Source: a virus
Direction: 5' to 3' (one strand)
IMG/VR virus record: IMGVR_UViG_3300032242_000468
Coordinates: 55,274 to 119,273 of that record
Length of the DNA stretch: 64,000 bases
Each line of letters begins with the position of its first letter. The first letter of the stretch is position 1. Under the pieces are notes generated by a model. That model worked only from the letters and a program-made list of their open reading frames with translations, did not search any database and had not been told where the DNA came from. The translations under genes were made by a program, and so were the position numbers. Shown here piece by piece: positions 41,201 through 48,804 of the stretch.

Positions 41201-42763
41201 ACTCTTACACATTTATTATCTAAAAACGATGTCTTACAGATATGGTTGTTTGCCGCACCAATTAAAGCATTTAGTGAAGTTCGAAGTCAAACAATTATTG
41301 CTCAACCTGGAGAAAACAGTTGGGCATTGACTTATCCTCCAGAAAATATTCAACCATATCATACACAGGTTATTGTTGAACAAAATGGTAAACGATTGCT
41401 ACCCCCTGCTACTGTATATTTTACAGCAGATGGAGTTACAGAAAGTTATTCATTGAATACTGATTATAATTGGGGACAGGGAGTACCTTCGGAAAAAGTT
41501 ATAGAAGTTTATGTAAATGGATCTCCTGTAACTCCTAATGTAGAATTTGAATTAGTACAAAATGAAAATAGAATACAATTTTTACCTAATGTACTTAAAA
41601 AAGGTGATGTAGTTGCTATATGTGTGTTGTTAAATTATGAATTTACAATATCAAATAACAATTTGAATGTAACAGTTAATACCATCGGCACTAGTACAAT
41701 TGTAGTTCATTCATTTACTAATCATGATTCTAGTTTAATTAGGACTGAACGATATTTAGGGGGCACAGGAAATAGATTCCAATTAAGTAGAAATGTAGCA
41801 GGCCCCGAATATCTATGGGTAGAATATAATGGACAGCCTTTGATGCGTAATTTTGATTTTAGTATAATTAATTCAAATCAAGTTATTTTGGCTGATAAAT
41901 TTGTGCCACAAAGAACTGATCAAATTTCAATTACAAGTGTAAGCAATATTTTAGATACCGATAAGGTATTAGGTTACAGATTGTTTTTAGATAATCTAGG
42001 TAGAACAACCTATAAGAGGATCAGTGCCGCTAATTCTACCCAACTTGCTACTACACTTACATCTACAGCAACTTCTATTGAACTTATAAATGCATCAGTT
42101 CTTACACCTCCTAATTTTTCTAAGTTTATTCCGGGGGTTATCATTATAAACGGCGAACGTATTCAGTTCTATAGCATTACAGGAAACACATTAACACAAT
42201 TAGTTCGAGGTAGTTTAGGTACAGGCATCCGTGATAGTTATCCTGCTGGTACTACAGTTATTGACCAAGGTTCTTACCAAACTCTATATGTTGAAGATGC
42301 TCAGCAAGAGTGGATGACCAATGTAACAAATACAGCAACATTACATTATAATATATCTAGTTTAACAGTTAAAAATTCTACATCAACTGCGTATGATGTT
42401 TATTATCAGGGTCGTTTATTAAGAAAACCTGGAACCAAATCCATCCAGACAAATGTTACTATTGCATACGATAGTAATGAAACAAGTGCAGAAGGGATTC
42501 AGTCTAATAAACTGTTGGGGGGAGAATATAATATCTCAAGCGGAACACTAATATTAAATACTGGAACAATATTAACTTTGGGATCTAGGATTAAGGTAGT
42601 TTCAAGGTATGGTCAAAGCATGTACGCTCAAATACATTCTACATCAACTGTACTACATAACATTCCTGTAGATCCGATGCATCAAAATGCTACTCCTCAA
42701 GTGACATTCCTGTCAAGATCACCGGCCGCACTGCCAGATAAATATTACTATGGACAACAATGA
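29288..42763 (+). CDS. Giant baseplate/virion structural protein (gp7-position), 4491 aa
   Basis: Uninterrupted 13.5-kb ORF after gp6. Contains a KPYHTKIR motif, FG-GAP-like repeats, CBM-like modules and NPGSGY repeats. Confidence 0.75.
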   Translation: MPANVSKVSYLGSTSTNRRTIDLLPTIFKTDRNAKFLAGTIDQYLEPAKVERVNGWVGTKNTPTYNPSTDNYIPTNSPLRSAYQVEPALIVNDANLKPQETLAYDDLINQLKFNGANVSNLGKLFNPEFYSYNPNINWDKLVNFEKYYWMPYGPDVVTVTGQLKNTISSYTVSDANGNFLFTPDGLTEAPQLTLYRGVTYIFNIRSTKKFWIKTQRVAGTDSPFRVITTNGISHGQIIFTVDENTPKKLFYVAEDNVLNGGEIVIESIEDNSNLNVVNDIIGKSTFTSGNGVIFSNGMRVSFAGNITPAEYQTGEYFVEGVGSEIKLINAASLEVPEQFISNLDDNFDGAPFDDYPFDTFINAPLTPEYVTIDRSSIDRNPWTRYNRWFHEDVIISSATYNNRTPVLPVELRAKRPIVEFLPNLQLFNFGSLAVENVQHLDSTTTDVFNSIEGSEGFYVDGVELANGDRIIFTANTDNYVNRRVWIVNFVQVDGKLKIALVEDTELSIGTNVVITQGAKHKGSSWWFDGIQWVYAQQKIVLNQAPRFDVFDSEGYGLSDTAKYQSNFTGTKIFGYGIGTGVSDSILGFPLKYQSVADQAFYLFENYFTQDQITVVNGNQTSYISLSTNYLKKNSATGYSYINIWEESQSYTTPILQSVVPTSPATVLEITCVDFPAYQSLTLEVYRNNIKLFENIDYTRYVDTSRLFVLFTKSIQTTDHILFKVYGNAVPNSNGFYEISPGWLNNPMNGDIQEFTLSELTDHFKSMADRNPKFTGNYLGSNNSRDLINFASYGTRLIKNKNPLAFAGYFITDQTHNVISAVTTVERHYNQFKLGFISQATALKGIYKPSKAVDIILHNMNLAKNPSSQYYHSDMLAYGPDVISNTITVTDSRNTMYGLNSTYVSGVNNPRSVIVYHVPASTGLEYQLFYGHDYIFDQYDPTVVITKPLVKGDKIIICDYPSTDGSFIPPTPTKLGLYPKFTPAIYYDDSYSGDPKLVIRGHDGSISLAFNDYRDQIILELETRIYNNIKVNYNPELINIHSVTPGRFRTTKIVKTTVNNILRSQFLKWNNFYGFDYELNDTYSDDPKTWNFITANDPATKIPLYGNHRGIYSYYFDTTTPHLTPWEMLGFSEMPAWWIDTYGPAPYTSGNLILWDDLEKGYVRDPMNSRINPLYVRTGLSKIIPVDEYGNLLDPAASNIAQNVNPNSINLNWKFGDQGPVETAWRRSSHYPFSIQILMALSNPANYASLMFDTSRISINPASQYVYSETNNFLKLSDLVIYGDTINGSIVRATGYSAMLVETGKIKSLTYIADLKTYLSNMTMQLLTKVGGFVSKDKLEIIIDSINPASVNPGVALSNEDYQIFLNQSSVVDSIGVSGIIIQKTDTGYILRGYDNTEPYFTSFTPIPGGAITIGGASEPFVKWAASSPTDSGLTPGELSTAVTANTGYIFYKAGQVVYYNGRYYRAKVGHTSGSTFNINYFQPLPALPHIGGISVNTPVKFDTTPVVTPYGVTFSTYQEVYDLIVGYGSWLESQGVIFDEYNSDLNDIMNWNYTGKEFLYWASQGWSSNSIITLSPFANSLQYQNSTAMVDDLGNTAYEYSVLKADGKPLPIHNLNAIRQDGTISVSTRNTNDGIYFIRFNSVQKEHNLIFNNTSLFNDIIYNVETGYSQRRLKLNGLRTSQWDGSLYSPGFIYDEAMVDNWTEYTDYHPGDVVLYSGNYYSAIKKLTGVSSFNFNDWQLLDKKPTAQLLPNFDYKINQFQDFYSLDIDNFDSNQQALAQHLIGYTPRPYLDNIFANPVSQYKFYQGFIREKGTRNSITKLAKASKQTLDSYIDYYEEWAFRVGEFGSFDTDYSIELNLDETKFEQNPQIIEFIPTAFASSAFQTRIYQTPSDLIIKPNNYNSRPFDTTSTVYSDVFKLPYAGYVRLNDVTATAFNKATLTNISNSRGLSDGDTIWIGFTENLGWDVYRHTKLPAVVVDASIVVQGSSLLITTDSTHNLKVNDYINITQFDNTINGIYQVQKIVSNTQFIVKSILTTLPTAFFPGIGILFKFVSVRFEFIDDIANHPLINSLGYGEKLWIDNDGSGRWLVLEKQQPYNISSYQPTSIEIGSSINSRFSERIIIDSTGEKIIVSAPNYQNTFTGIDGLVYALRKNGTGTNSIVNVSEIKLNIDKIGTYYSTTSSSGFGKAVAFDADNDIIIASAPYASGVKYTTSTSTFYSVTINAATGTYVNQGLVKWETINYDYERVTNNFVITSPEPQSNAYFGYDLYLGNISPSEKLLAVTSPGQNSNAGAVYWSRYSVTTTNTVVYINTITNTQHKLDPIEQQPVSGDQFGYAISGDLKGNNLAVSAPGLTDGSGGVYIFTYEPINSRFTNTQLIRAIDLGVTYTGVGFGNSILIDNTGRFLFISASGSLDTDYKVGKVFVFSRVYNEFVYSQTLVCPFDNSGFFFGSNLSISPNGKSLYISSSQASTQPDITFEKYSNTYKSSYINDPNSTPTVTPTTFDGKTTKFKSKSIIGNGSVYEFERLDNKFYFAHEVKNPKPTSYQNFGSSIAASNFCALIGSPGQVNQTESVGYFNIYDHSNLTWNILRQEDNLINLTKVKTAKTIDTTQQTIVDYLEIYDPLKGRIPALADQEIKYKTAFDPAVYSIGVPGVTVDTNTNWLDEHVGELWWDLNSVKYVWYEQGELDFRNNSWGNLFPGCTIDVYEWVSSTNMPNQWSAIADTNAGLGQNISGQPKFPSNSVLSIKQVYNATTNALTNIYYFWVKNKITIPQVPGRSMSAYNVSQLIANPKSQGMKYVSLIANNALSLTNMKPSVVGTTINLNIDMDSTNNVGNKHTEWLLVQEGNSSSQFNNSLIQKFKDSLLGRDSLGNPVPDPALSDRLKYGVSIRPRQSIFKDRFAALRTLTEYSNATLSTINFVGIDNINYFTSSEAYAQPAEGVYDVVVDSVVARDQTIITRKLAQAVLSVSLTYGRITGVTITTAGYGYGKLYPIEYDINDNPTLWIGPTVEIIGDGVDAKIITFVNTVGQIVRTKIKNPGKNYTSAPAVIVRPFTVLVQSDETVNNRWSYYTWDYTNKVYSRIKTQSWNTPEYWSYIDWKDPTYNKNQDIRSTVDSIYELAYIENVKAGTYVKVNNAGDGRYIILRKTNGTTGTFDNQFDLIYQQNGTIQISDMIWDNQFGFDYQIGFDQLKYDQKPDIETENIINGLLSLATQEHSKYTNLLMFKLVKYALTEQKFVDWAFKTSFITVVNNAGALDQRPTYRLNNETYYEQYINETKPYHTKIRNFQANYTATDFTQSLTTDFDTPAVYNTLTQKFVPVQLGNSLMLKSPWREWYKNYTYHVDSVEIYSGGSGYQYAPQVVFSPAPGDSGSGAAGEAYISQGKVTKVIITNPGSGYAATPIMTLLGGGPTTLTPARFGIRMSNGLVRSQTITLKFDRVSGYNEINSAQTEDTFRANGYSDTYKLTWTPTPEKSLTNITVNGIKLLSDAYSFNIGTETFNGYTKSYGEVKLVNVPPYTATVVVNYVKDIGLYHAVDRIRDYYKPESGMPGNTATMLMAGLEYPGVTVDTLPLVSSTGYDSTPYGSNNWDDYETETGLYQTIGSANTSVYTLNYVPQIGNTLTVYVNNIRIYGTSTYTTSSNLELVNGIIQPDGYTNTINIHQLTPDGSIGPIEIDREAIVTSEELGGPYERISFNIPANTATNQITTSGWLCYIDGITTPFNVTSISTGSPRIVILNSGTEFILNFPVKFYLPGTPQIVDFRLATSDGSIPIVDPDLDTYISGGQEFTTKVTSGVADNPSPLLDDIIIDGDNLVSRYNSYGPEENLPGRVSESLGISVYTQPSTGSALSVLRTYIADPATKTYSLGTTPPNADSVEVLCNNNIITGYSINYINQTITLTTGTSGLLSVKTLGVGGTNILDKRVIIATTSTSIIDMAPRLVDVHDQYITLNGVKLVKGTDFVLSAVNLRTRVTLTHLLSKNDVLQIWLFAAPIKAFSEVRSQTIIAQPGENSWALTYPPENIQPYHTQVIVEQNGKRLLPPATVYFTADGVTESYSLNTDYNWGQGVPSEKVIEVYVNGSPVTPNVEFELVQNENRIQFLPNVLKKGDVVAICVLLNYEFTISNNNLNVTVNTIGTSTIVVHSFTNHDSSLIRTERYLGGTGNRFQLSRNVAGPEYLWVEYNGQPLMRNFDFSIINSNQVILADKFVPQRTDQISITSVSNILDTDKVLGYRLFLDNLGRTTYKRISAANSTQLATTLTSTATSIELINASVLTPPNFSKFIPGVIIINGERIQFYSITGNTLTQLVRGSLGTGIRDSYPAGTTVIDQGSYQTLYVEDAQQEWMTNVTNTATLHYNISSLTVKNSTSTAYDVYYQGRLLRKPGTKSIQTNVTIAYDSNETSAEGIQSNKLLGGEYNISSGTLILNTGTILTLGSRIKVVSRYGQSMYAQIHSTSTVLHNIPVDPMHQNATPQVTFLSRSPAALPDKYYYGQQ

Positions 42764-43415
42764 GAATAAAAACATGCCTGTAAATCCACAACAATCACAA
42801 GACCTTGATTCCCAGATGACTGAACTTCCTGGAATCAAAGTACAAGGACATATAAAAATATTTGACCCTGAAACTCAAGAAGTTTACGTGAATAAACGTA
42901 ATGCTATCCATTACGAAAACTTTAGTCTTGCTCTTGTAAACAGTGTTGCTAACATGGGTTACGGTATGATTACAAATATGAGTTTTGGTAATGGCGGAAG
43001 CCGTGTAGATCCTACCGGAATTATTACATATCTAACTCCTAATACTATTGGCACAAATGCTACCCTATATAACGAAACTTATACAAAGATTATTGATGCT
43101 TCTAATACATCTAACGTAGATCCTACAAGAAATTATATGGAAACACGACATATATTAGGGAACACATATACAGATTTACTAGTAAGTTGTTTATTAGATT
43201 TTGGTGAGCCAAGTGGGCAAAATGCTTTTGATAATAGTGCTAATTTAGACGGCAAATATGTGTTTGATGAACTAGGATTAAAAGGCACAGATGCCGCAGG
43301 AAACTCAGTATTACTAACTCATGTTATTTTCCATCCTGTACAAAAATCCTTAAACAGAATGATTCAGATTGATTACACAATTAGAATACAAAGTATTAGT
43401 GGTGTAGGAGCGTAA
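42750..43415 (+). CDS. Baseplate protein
   Basis: FDELGL...THVIFHPVQKSLNRMIQIDYTIRI. Lies between the giant protein and the fibre genes, with TAAATA upstream. Confidence 0.6.
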   Translation: MDNNENKNMPVNPQQSQDLDSQMTELPGIKVQGHIKIFDPETQEVYVNKRNAIHYENFSLALVNSVANMGYGMITNMSFGNGGSRVDPTGIITYLTPNTIGTNATLYNETYTKIIDASNTSNVDPTRNYMETRHILGNTYTDLLVSCLLDFGEPSGQNAFDNSANLDGKYVFDELGLKGTDAAGNSVLLTHVIFHPVQKSLNRMIQIDYTIRIQSISGVGA

Positions 43416-43418
43416 TAG

Positions 43419-45461
43419 ATGTCTTATCAAGTAAACCATGCAGATCTTGTTAACGGATATATTACTATTGATGATGGTAGCATTAATCGCACATTGTCTA
43501 TTAATTTTGTAGGAAAAAATGCATCTAATTATGCCGAAGCAATTAGTGAAAATTTTTTACATTTGTTAGAAAATTTTGCGAGCACTGAAAAACCTAAAGG
43601 ACCTGTTCGAGGACAATTATGGTTTGATACTTCAAATACTGATACTCCTGTTTTAAGAATTAATATTGACGGCACAGGCACATCTTGGGCTCCAGCCAGT
43701 GGAGTTTGGGCACAGTCAACTCCGCCCAATGGAGATGCCACTTATGGGCAGGCTAAAGCAGGAGATATTTGGGTCAATACAGCACAGGGTCAATTATATA
43801 TTAATACTGACGGTACAACTAACAATTGGACACTAGTTGGGCCAAGTTTTAGCGGTACATTACAGACAGGTAGTTTTCCTGATACTATTAATGACAATTT
43901 TGGTGTTCCACATAAAATTATTAAAAACTTTGTTGACGGCAATATTTTAGAAATTATTAGTAATGATACATTTATTCCGCAGTCAAAGATTGCAGGATTT
44001 ACAAATATTCTTCCTGGTATAAATGTTTCTTCACTTAACAATGCGGGACTTAATGCCACAGCCTATGCGGCAAAAAATTTATATGTAACTAGCCCAGGTA
44101 ATGCCTATGTTCCTGCTAATAATTTTGTAAGAAACGATACTAATAATAGAATTACAGCCGCGTTAACAGTCAACGACGGTATTGTTCTAGGTTCTGATAC
44201 TAAACATGCACTCAATCTTAAAGTTAATCCTTCATTAGCCAGAGAATCTCAAATCATTAACACTTCGCAAGACGGCGGAATAATTACTTTCACGGTTTAC
44301 AATGGTGTAGTGGCTAATAAGTTATTGCGATTAGACGGCGGTACTCAAAGTATAGGAATAGGAATACCCGACCGTCCGCCTGCTGTAACATCTGGTGGAG
44401 TAGAAGTTGGCGGTGATACACTAGTTGGTGGAAAAATAACTGTCAGTTCTACTGGATCTACATTCAATGGTAGTTTATTAGCAAGCACTATTATTAGTAC
44501 AGGAACAATTACTAGCGGTGATGATTTAACAGTTGGCGGACAACTTTATGTAAATTGGAATAACGGCGAAGTTGGCCCTGCTATATTACCCGGAACTTCT
44601 GGAAGTCCTTTAACTAACACATTTGATATTGGAAGTTCTAGTGCTAAATTTAGATTTGTGTATGCTGACAGTTTTCAAGGAAATTTAGGCGGTACTGCTC
44701 AAACTGCAAATAGTCTGACAAATACAAGTTTATTTGCAATTAATGGAGATATTGCTACTTCTGCTGATATTCTTTACAAAGGACAAGCAGGTACATACGT
44801 ATTTTCAGCAACTATTCAAACATCTGCTATAACAAATAAACCTGCTTCGTTGAATACATCAACAACCGATTGGTCATATTTTTATAAAAATGCACAAGGA
44901 TTTCCTACAGGTAATAAATTTTCTATTTTAGGTGTAGAGACTACAGGTACAACGACTATTACAACAAATATAGTTCAAATTGAAAGACAACAGTTTCTTG
45001 CCGATGTCATACAAAGTTTGTTACCTGCTGGAACTGTTGTTCCTTTTGCAGGACTGGTTGTTCCGGATGGTTGGTTATTATGTGACGGTCGAGAAATAAG
45101 TAGCGGTCAATATCCAAAATTATATCAAGTAATTGCAAAAAATTATGGAACTGATGCATTAGTTAAAGTACCTGATCTAAGAGGTCGAAGTGTTATTGGT
45201 TATGATGATATGACTACTAACAATCAATTTGGAAATATACCGGCCGGCCGAGTTCCGGGTGCAATAACTCCTACAATTATAACTGATCCGGGAAATACAA
45301 CACCTGGTGCAGCCGCAGCCGTGGTAGGCGGAACATCAACAGTGTTTTTATCAACTGGTACAATATCAACAGGAACTAATGCCAAAACAATTGTTGATAA
45401 ATCAATTTCAATTAACGTTATGAATCCATATTTGGCCATGAATTACATAATTAAAACTTAA
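43419..45461 (+). CDS. Tail fibre protein with tail-collar domain
   Basis: Shared fibre N-terminal module. C-terminal PAGTVVPFAG...GWLLCDG...PDLRGR...MNPYLAMNYIIKT collar motif. Confidence 0.85.
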   Translation: MSYQVNHADLVNGYITIDDGSINRTLSINFVGKNASNYAEAISENFLHLLENFASTEKPKGPVRGQLWFDTSNTDTPVLRINIDGTGTSWAPASGVWAQSTPPNGDATYGQAKAGDIWVNTAQGQLYINTDGTTNNWTLVGPSFSGTLQTGSFPDTINDNFGVPHKIIKNFVDGNILEIISNDTFIPQSKIAGFTNILPGINVSSLNNAGLNATAYAAKNLYVTSPGNAYVPANNFVRNDTNNRITAALTVNDGIVLGSDTKHALNLKVNPSLARESQIINTSQDGGIITFTVYNGVVANKLLRLDGGTQSIGIGIPDRPPAVTSGGVEVGGDTLVGGKITVSSTGSTFNGSLLASTIISTGTITSGDDLTVGGQLYVNWNNGEVGPAILPGTSGSPLTNTFDIGSSSAKFRFVYADSFQGNLGGTAQTANSLTNTSLFAINGDIATSADILYKGQAGTYVFSATIQTSAITNKPASLNTSTTDWSYFYKNAQGFPTGNKFSILGVETTGTTTITTNIVQIERQQFLADVIQSLLPAGTVVPFAGLVVPDGWLLCDGREISSGQYPKLYQVIAKNYGTDALVKVPDLRGRSVIGYDDMTTNNQFGNIPAGRVPGAITPTIITDPGNTTPGAAAAVVGGTSTVFLSTGTISTGTNAKTIVDKSISINVMNPYLAMNYIIKT

Positions 45462-45472
45462 GGTATAAAAGA

Positions 45473-47491
45473 ATGTCGTATACAATAACACTATCCAATG
45501 GAAATACACTCGCAGTAGTAGCCGATCAAAGTTTTGATAAGGTATCTTCGAGTATCACTCTTATTGGTAAAAATGTTAACGCCTATGGTCAGTATGTAAA
45601 TGAAAATTTTGTTCAATTACTTGAAAACTTTGCCAACATAGCGGCTCCGAGCAATCCTATATCTGGACAATTATGGTACGATACTTCTGTGCAGAGACTA
45701 AAGGTATATTCCGGTGCACTTTCTGATTTTAAACCAGTTGGCAGTCCTGTGATCTTTGCATCTTCAACTCCAATTGAAAAAGAGCCTAACGCAGAACCTC
45801 CTGGTAGTGTTCAAGGAGACTTATGGTGGAATCCTACACTTAAGGAATTAAGATATCTTGACGGCACTACATGGTATAAAACTTCTGAACAATTTAATCC
45901 TTTAGGAAAAGGTCAGTCTGGATGGTTTGTTGAGTATCAGAAAGATGGTCTTAATGATAACGCTGTATCTGCATTATATAATGCAGGAACACTATTAGCA
46001 GTCGCAACCGATGTACAACTTACATTAAACCAAGGTAATCCATATGTTCCGTTCTTGGGAACAACTACATTATACCCTGGAATAACGTTAAATCCAAGTT
46101 ATACAATTTATGGTACTGCTACAAATGCAACAAATTGGAGTAATTTATCAACAAGTTCTTTTATCCAAAAAAATGTCTATGAACAAACAACTGGTGCGAT
46201 AGACATTAAAAATAATGCCGGATTAGGAATCGGAACGCAAACCAACATGAAATTATTGGTAGAAGATACAGGATCAGTTGCTACTAGTGTTATCTGGGTC
46301 GCCAATCCTAATGAAAATTTCCAATTAAGATATAATTGGTTTGATGGTGGGACCGGTAATGGAGTTGCACCTGCTATTTCTCTTATTGGCACTGCTTCGG
46401 CTCGAATGGGCATCTTTACAGATAATCCTCAAACCACATTAGATATACATGGTGATACACTTGTACGTGGAAATTTAACTGTTATAGGTACAACAACAAA
46501 TATTAAAACTAGCATTTTAGAAGTTAATTCTGCTAGTATTATTTTAGCATACGGTAATAATCTTGATTTAGTTGCCGATGGTGGTGGTATCACATTAGAA
46601 GGAACAACACCAAAAACACTGGTATGGTATAGCACTACAACAGCATGGACTAGCAGTGAGAACTTAGATCTTGCTCAAAATAGAAGTTATAAGATTGGTG
46701 GAGTTGATGTACTAACTACAAATTCTCTAGGTACAGGCACACATTTTGCTCCTGGACTACAGGCATTGCCTGCACTTACATCTTTTACAGCATCTTATTT
46801 TATTCTTGCTGGTACCGATACTACATTTGTTCAAGGCAGGATTCATGCTGATGTGCAAGCAGGTAGTGATCTATATATTGATTCTAGGAATCAAAGAATT
46901 AGTTTAAATGATAGTATTGCACATCCGGGTATACCAAATGTTATTATTGGTTCGTCGGCTGCGGACATGACTAATTATAATCTTGGATCTTTCTTTCCAA
47001 ACATGCTTGTATCAAAAGATTATGTTGATAATTTGGTAGTAGATATTTCGTCATCTACTGCTATTAGAAAAACATTTACCATTACAATGGATATTACTCC
47101 TGTATATAATTCTCCAGATAGTGATATCAATAAATTTATTATAGGTTATTTAAATAAAATGTTACCAATTGATGGTAAGATAGGTGGAACAGATCCCTAC
47201 AGAGATAGCCAGTTTTATAAATTACCTATCAATACAAGATGCAATGTATTAGCACAATATTATACTGGTACATATCAAACATTTACTTTAAGTTTAAATA
47301 AGACAACTGTATTAGTTGACAAAGGTGGGGCACAGAATAGTCAAAGTGTTTTACAAGACGTTGCGGCAACAGGTACAAATATTGGATCTATTTTTACTCC
47401 TATTGTTAGCCATTTAATTAAAACATTTTATGTATTAGATGATGGTACTGGAAATAACAATACCTGGACCTTTGTTGCTAATATATTATAA
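45473..47491 (+). CDS. Tail fibre/baseplate-attached protein
   Basis: Same N-terminal module (LIGKN..YG...NENF..LLENFA...GQLWYD); beta-rich. Confidence 0.75.
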   Translation: MSYTITLSNGNTLAVVADQSFDKVSSSITLIGKNVNAYGQYVNENFVQLLENFANIAAPSNPISGQLWYDTSVQRLKVYSGALSDFKPVGSPVIFASSTPIEKEPNAEPPGSVQGDLWWNPTLKELRYLDGTTWYKTSEQFNPLGKGQSGWFVEYQKDGLNDNAVSALYNAGTLLAVATDVQLTLNQGNPYVPFLGTTTLYPGITLNPSYTIYGTATNATNWSNLSTSSFIQKNVYEQTTGAIDIKNNAGLGIGTQTNMKLLVEDTGSVATSVIWVANPNENFQLRYNWFDGGTGNGVAPAISLIGTASARMGIFTDNPQTTLDIHGDTLVRGNLTVIGTTTNIKTSILEVNSASIILAYGNNLDLVADGGGITLEGTTPKTLVWYSTTTAWTSSENLDLAQNRSYKIGGVDVLTTNSLGTGTHFAPGLQALPALTSFTASYFILAGTDTTFVQGRIHADVQAGSDLYIDSRNQRISLNDSIAHPGIPNVIIGSSAADMTNYNLGSFFPNMLVSKDYVDNLVVDISSSTAIRKTFTITMDITPVYNSPDSDINKFIIGYLNKMLPIDGKIGGTDPYRDSQFYKLPINTRCNVLAQYYTGTYQTFTLSLNKTTVLVDKGGAQNSQSVLQDVAATGTNIGSIFTPIVSHLIKTFYVLDDGTGNNNTWTFVANIL

Positions 47492-47502
47492 CGGAAAAAT
47501 AG

Positions 47503-48801
47503 ATGCCTTATACCATTAACAATTTTAACGGAAGTATTTTTACATCAGTAGCCGACGGTGTAGTTGATAAACAGTTTTCTTCAAGTATATATCTTGTTGG
47601 TAAAAATGTTACTGGTTACGGAGCATACCAAAACGATAACTTTTTATGGCTATTACAAAATTTTGCAGGGCAAGCAGAACCAATAAACAAATTGCAAGGG
47701 CAAACATGGTTTGACACTTCTTCAGGTGCTCTTAAATTAAAAATATATGACGGTATTGAATGGAAACCGTTGACAACAACACTGAATACAACTACAACAC
47801 CTACATCGAGTCTAGGTGATCTTTGGTATACTCCAACGTCCAACCAAATATTTTTAGGTATAGGTAGTGGTACTAATTGGCAACTTATTGGCCCAGAAGC
47901 AGTTGCGGGGTTTGGAGAAACAAAGTTTACATCTAGTCCATTATTTGATACTATATCTCAAGAACATGCGGCTATTAGGTTATTTGATGAAGGACAGTTA
48001 CTGGCAGTAATCACTACAAGTTCGTTTAATGTTCGTCATACAGAAGATGTTTATACAGCAGGAATTAATAGTACAATAGGTGGAATATCTTTTGCACCCG
48101 GATTAGGTATTCAAACAAACTACATAACTGCCGGTGTAAGTACAAGTAGCGGTACATTAACAGGAAGTTGGACAGTTGATTCGTTAACATCTCCATTGGC
48201 AACAATAACTACAGTATCGTCGACTATTGTATCAGCAACTACTGTAACATCGACTGCATTAACAGTATCTGGATATAGTTATATAACCAGTATGTTTGGG
48301 GATGATATTAGTGTTGCTAGAGTAATTAGTCCTAGTCTTATTAGTACCGGACTTACTAGCGGATCTCCATATACACAAGGAGTAATTACGGGTACCTGGA
48401 GTTTGTCACCTGGATCTACTTTATCTTCAACTTATGCTGACTTAGCAGAGTTCTATATGGCAGATGATACATATAGTCCCGGACAAGTTATGCAGTTTGG
48501 CGGAACTGCTGAAATTACTTTATCTACAACAGATATGAGTACTAATGTTGCGGGAATTATTTCAATTAATCCTGCTTTTGTACTTAATGGTGGAAGTCCT
48601 GGTCTTTGTTATCCCTTAGCATTGGCTGGTCGAGTTTTTGTGTATGTCAGCGGCGATGTAAGTGTAGGTGATATGTTAGTCACTGACGGTAAAGGAGGGC
48701 TAAGAGCAGAATTTAATCCCAAACCCGGAACAATTGTTGCTAGGGCTATTAACAGTATTGTAGATGGTGGTATGATTGAAGTTCAGGTTGCAAGAGGATA
48801 A
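47503..48801 (+). CDS. Tail fibre protein with C-terminal Peptidase_G2-like chaperone domain
   Basis: Shared N-terminal module; YADLAEFY...LALAGRV...GDMLV at the C-terminus. Confidence 0.75.
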   Translation: MPYTINNFNGSIFTSVADGVVDKQFSSSIYLVGKNVTGYGAYQNDNFLWLLQNFAGQAEPINKLQGQTWFDTSSGALKLKIYDGIEWKPLTTTLNTTTTPTSSLGDLWYTPTSNQIFLGIGSGTNWQLIGPEAVAGFGETKFTSSPLFDTISQEHAAIRLFDEGQLLAVITTSSFNVRHTEDVYTAGINSTIGGISFAPGLGIQTNYITAGVSTSSGTLTGSWTVDSLTSPLATITTVSSTIVSATTVTSTALTVSGYSYITSMFGDDISVARVISPSLISTGLTSGSPYTQGVITGTWSLSPGSTLSSTYADLAEFYMADDTYSPGQVMQFGGTAEITLSTTDMSTNVAGIISINPAFVLNGGSPGLCYPLALAGRVFVYVSGDVSVGDMLVTDGKGGLRAEFNPKPGTIVARAINSIVDGGMIEVQVARG

Positions 48802-48804
48802 AAA

